A stretch of DNA of 64,000 nt, taken from positions 33,553,935-33,617,934 of the forward strand of contig JASCQW010000032.1 in NCBI GenBank assembly GCA_030264375.1, given 5' to 3'. The position numbers and the translations under genes were made by a program. Of the stretch, positions 61,421-64,000 are shown one piece after another; within the stretch, counting starts at the first letter, position 1, and each line of letters begins with the position of its first letter. The notes below the pieces were generated by a model. It saw nothing but the letters and a program-made list of their open reading frames with translations. It did no database searches and had not been told where the DNA came from. This stretch comes from Carcharhinus longimanus (taxonomy: Eukaryota).

Positions 61421-63629
61421 GTAAGTAACCGAGTATCCTATAACAGGGTCCTTATTAATGTGATTAATTTAACTGGCTGTGCACATGAAGTAAATGTTTA
61501 TTTAAGCTTAGAGTATTGGACGTATTCTTGAAAGGGAAAATGCAGCTGTGGAAAAGGCCATTTGGTCCATCGTTCCTGTGCTAGCTGATGTAATTGTCCT
61601 ATTCTGCTCCTCTTCTCCCCTGCCCCCGCCCTCCCCATTACCTTGCAAATCTTTCTTTTACTATACGGTTGTTTTATAAAAGTTAATGTTGAATCTGAGA
61701 GATGGGCAGAAGGGGACATTGATGCTGGACGTGTATGTGGAGTTCAGCTGGGTCAGGGTAGCATGCTTCTGGTTTGATCCTCAGAGTGTTTGGGAGGGCA
61801 GCGAGTGAAGCAATACCCTTGATTTTTGCCACCAATCTAGGATGTATTCCGATGATCCATGTGCAGAAATTAATTTTACTGCCTGCGCGAGTATTTACTC
61901 AAAACACGGCTGCTTTACTGAAGCGTTTTGCAGCCCCCACAAACACACTCCTAATGGCCCAGATCAGACCATATCTTTCCAAGTGTTCACAAAATTCTTT
62001 GTGTTCTGCCCCTAAAATTTCCTCACTTTCTACCTTGAACAGGACCAAGCAATTTTCACTCTTCAGTCCTTCGGCATATTTATCATTTCCAAAGGTGTTT
62101 GAACAAGATTAGTGTATCCACATTCTTCTAAACACCCCCACTATCTGTTCCCTCAACTATTCAGTGCCTGCTAATCATTACTACTTTTTAACCCTTTAAC
62201 TCCTTTAATATAGCTCCCTTTTGACTAATTACCAATGTTGGCTGTCCCACACCCTCAGGTACACCTTTCAAAAATTTTTTATCTCCTAAGAACAAAGGTG
62301 CAAAACCCATTGATCCCTTGAGTTTAACATGACCTCCTTTGTCTATGAATGGTGTCAGTTCCCTTTGATTATCTTGTTGCGTGCTTTTAGACTCCCTTTC
62401 ACAATGCTGGTTTTATTTCTTATCTTTCCTCGACTCCTTCTATATGTCCTTGCTACGTCTATAAGTAGGCTGTCTCAGGTTTCCATTTCACAGAGGGAAC
62501 ACATCTTTATGTCTCGCCAAGTGCTCTGGAATTTTTTTTTACTCAAGTTCAAAGTACACGGGCAGCAAGCAAATTAATCTTGGAAATCTTGCAAACGGCC
62601 CCCAAAAACTCAATGACAAGGCGAAAAATTCAAGGATGGTCACCCTATTCCCCCATGTATTTTGAGTAGTCTCACAACACCAGGTTAAAGCCCCGGACAA
62701 CGCTCTGAAAGCTCGTGCTACCAAATAAACTTGTTGGACTTTAACCTGGCATTGTGAGGCTACTTACTGTGACTCAAGAACAGCTTCTTCTCTGCTGCTG
62801 TCAGACTTTTGAATGGACCTATCTTGCATTAGGTTGATCTTTGTCTATGCCCTAGGTATGACTGTAACACTACATTCTGCATTTTTTCGTTTCCTTCACT
62901 ATGAACAGTATGCTTTGTATAGTGCGCAAAAAACAGTACTTCACTGTTTATACAGGTGACAGCAATAAATCAAAGCCAAATAGGGCAATAGGCCCAGCTA
63001 TCAATATCTCATAAGTTACAAAAGTACTTCATGTGCTATGTTTTGGAACATTCCAAGGCAGAGTTCAAGATACACAGATGTAGACTAATTGAGGAAACGT
63101 CTCAATTAGCTCCTGGAAACTCAAATGACAGAAAAATTGAAGAAAGTTCACCCTTGTGTATTTTGATCGGAGGAGCATCGAGTGCAAGAGGCAGAATCTA
63201 TAGGGAGCTGCTTCTCCAATAACAGATTTTGTGTCTCCCATGTTGTTCCTCCAGCTCCTTCAATAACAATTGCCTTCCTTATTTTTCTGATCTTCTACCT
63301 TGCCGGGTGTCAGGTGTTCTTAGACTGGAGCCACGTGGACTATGGTGAATCCTAATAGCAGCCTGATGAGCTCCTTGTTGTGAATAGCCAATTGCGAGGG
63401 ATAATGTGGGCAATTTTATCGCCCAGGTCATTTTGTTGATCAGCTTTCAGATCTCGCTAGCAGTCAAGTCGACAGGCTCCGACCTAGACTTGCTCTGTAT
63501 AGTAACCCTCAGGCACTGTGCAATAGCCAGTGGATGGAGCCTTTGGAAAACTCAAGACCAACACTGGAGGAGTGGCTTTGGCCTGAGCAGGTACCAGACG
63601 CTGCTTGTCAGGGAGTAACTGCCAAGGGA

Positions 63630-63840
63630 TTGGCGGTTGGTGACTAGTGGGGTGCCCCAGGGGTCGGTGCTGGGGCCTCAGCTATTTACCATTTATATAG
63701 ATGNNNNNNNNNNNNNNNNNNNNNNNNNNNNNNNNNNNNNNNNNNNNNNNNNNNNNNNNNNNNNNNNNNNNNNNNNNNNNNNNNNNNNNNNNNNNNNNNN
63801 NNNGAAGGGCCTGTTTGTGCTGTAGTGTTCTATGTTCTAT
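63630..63840 (+). mobile_element. CR1 LINE RT fragment and tail, split by a gap
   Basis: VTSGVPQGSVLGPQLFTIYID, then N gap, then an AAGGGCCTGTT...TTCTATGTTCTAT tail. Confidence 0.85.
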
Positions 63841-64000
63841 GTGCTCTTAGGCTGATTGGTGTAACAAATTGTCCCTAAATTAGTCTCCTCAATCTGGTTT
63901 CCAATGTGGAGTGTCATAAGCATAGACAAGGGTCATGGGTGGAGAGGGGACTCACAATGTTTGAAATGGCAGGGTGGGCTCGTTGGGCCGAAGGGCCTGT

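Overview
Vertebrate genomic DNA, almost certainly from a cartilaginous fish (shark), judged from HE1-type tRNA SINEs and CR1 LINE tails. It is a draft assembly with many N gaps, most of them 100-N placeholders. The main gene is a ZC3H15 (DFRP1/LEREPO4) homologue on the minus strand: nine coding exons from 58353 down to ~31980, with GT-AG boundaries and consistent phases, and a CpG-island promoter at ~58.0-58.7 kb. The start of exon 8 lies in a gap, and no equivalent of the acidic terminal exon was found. About 1.8 kb from the ZC3H15 start codon, on the plus strand and in the same gap-free contig, are two intact internal exons of a CNOT10-like gene (60177-60260, 61307-61420). No upstream CNOT10 exons are recognisable in the preceding 60 kb, so ZC3H15 may be nested in a large CNOT10 intron, or this CNOT10 copy may be truncated or rearranged. 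The rest is mostly repeat-derived: CR1 LINE fragments, SINEs, Penelope-type hairpins, a decayed Harbinger element, a Gmr1-like Gypsy relic, a decayed UACA-like pseudogene fragment, and local inverted and direct duplications. Homology calls come from manual translation and recalled family motifs; no database searches were run. I found no evidence of a new multi-component system; the CNOT10/ZC3H15 arrangement is the most notable result.
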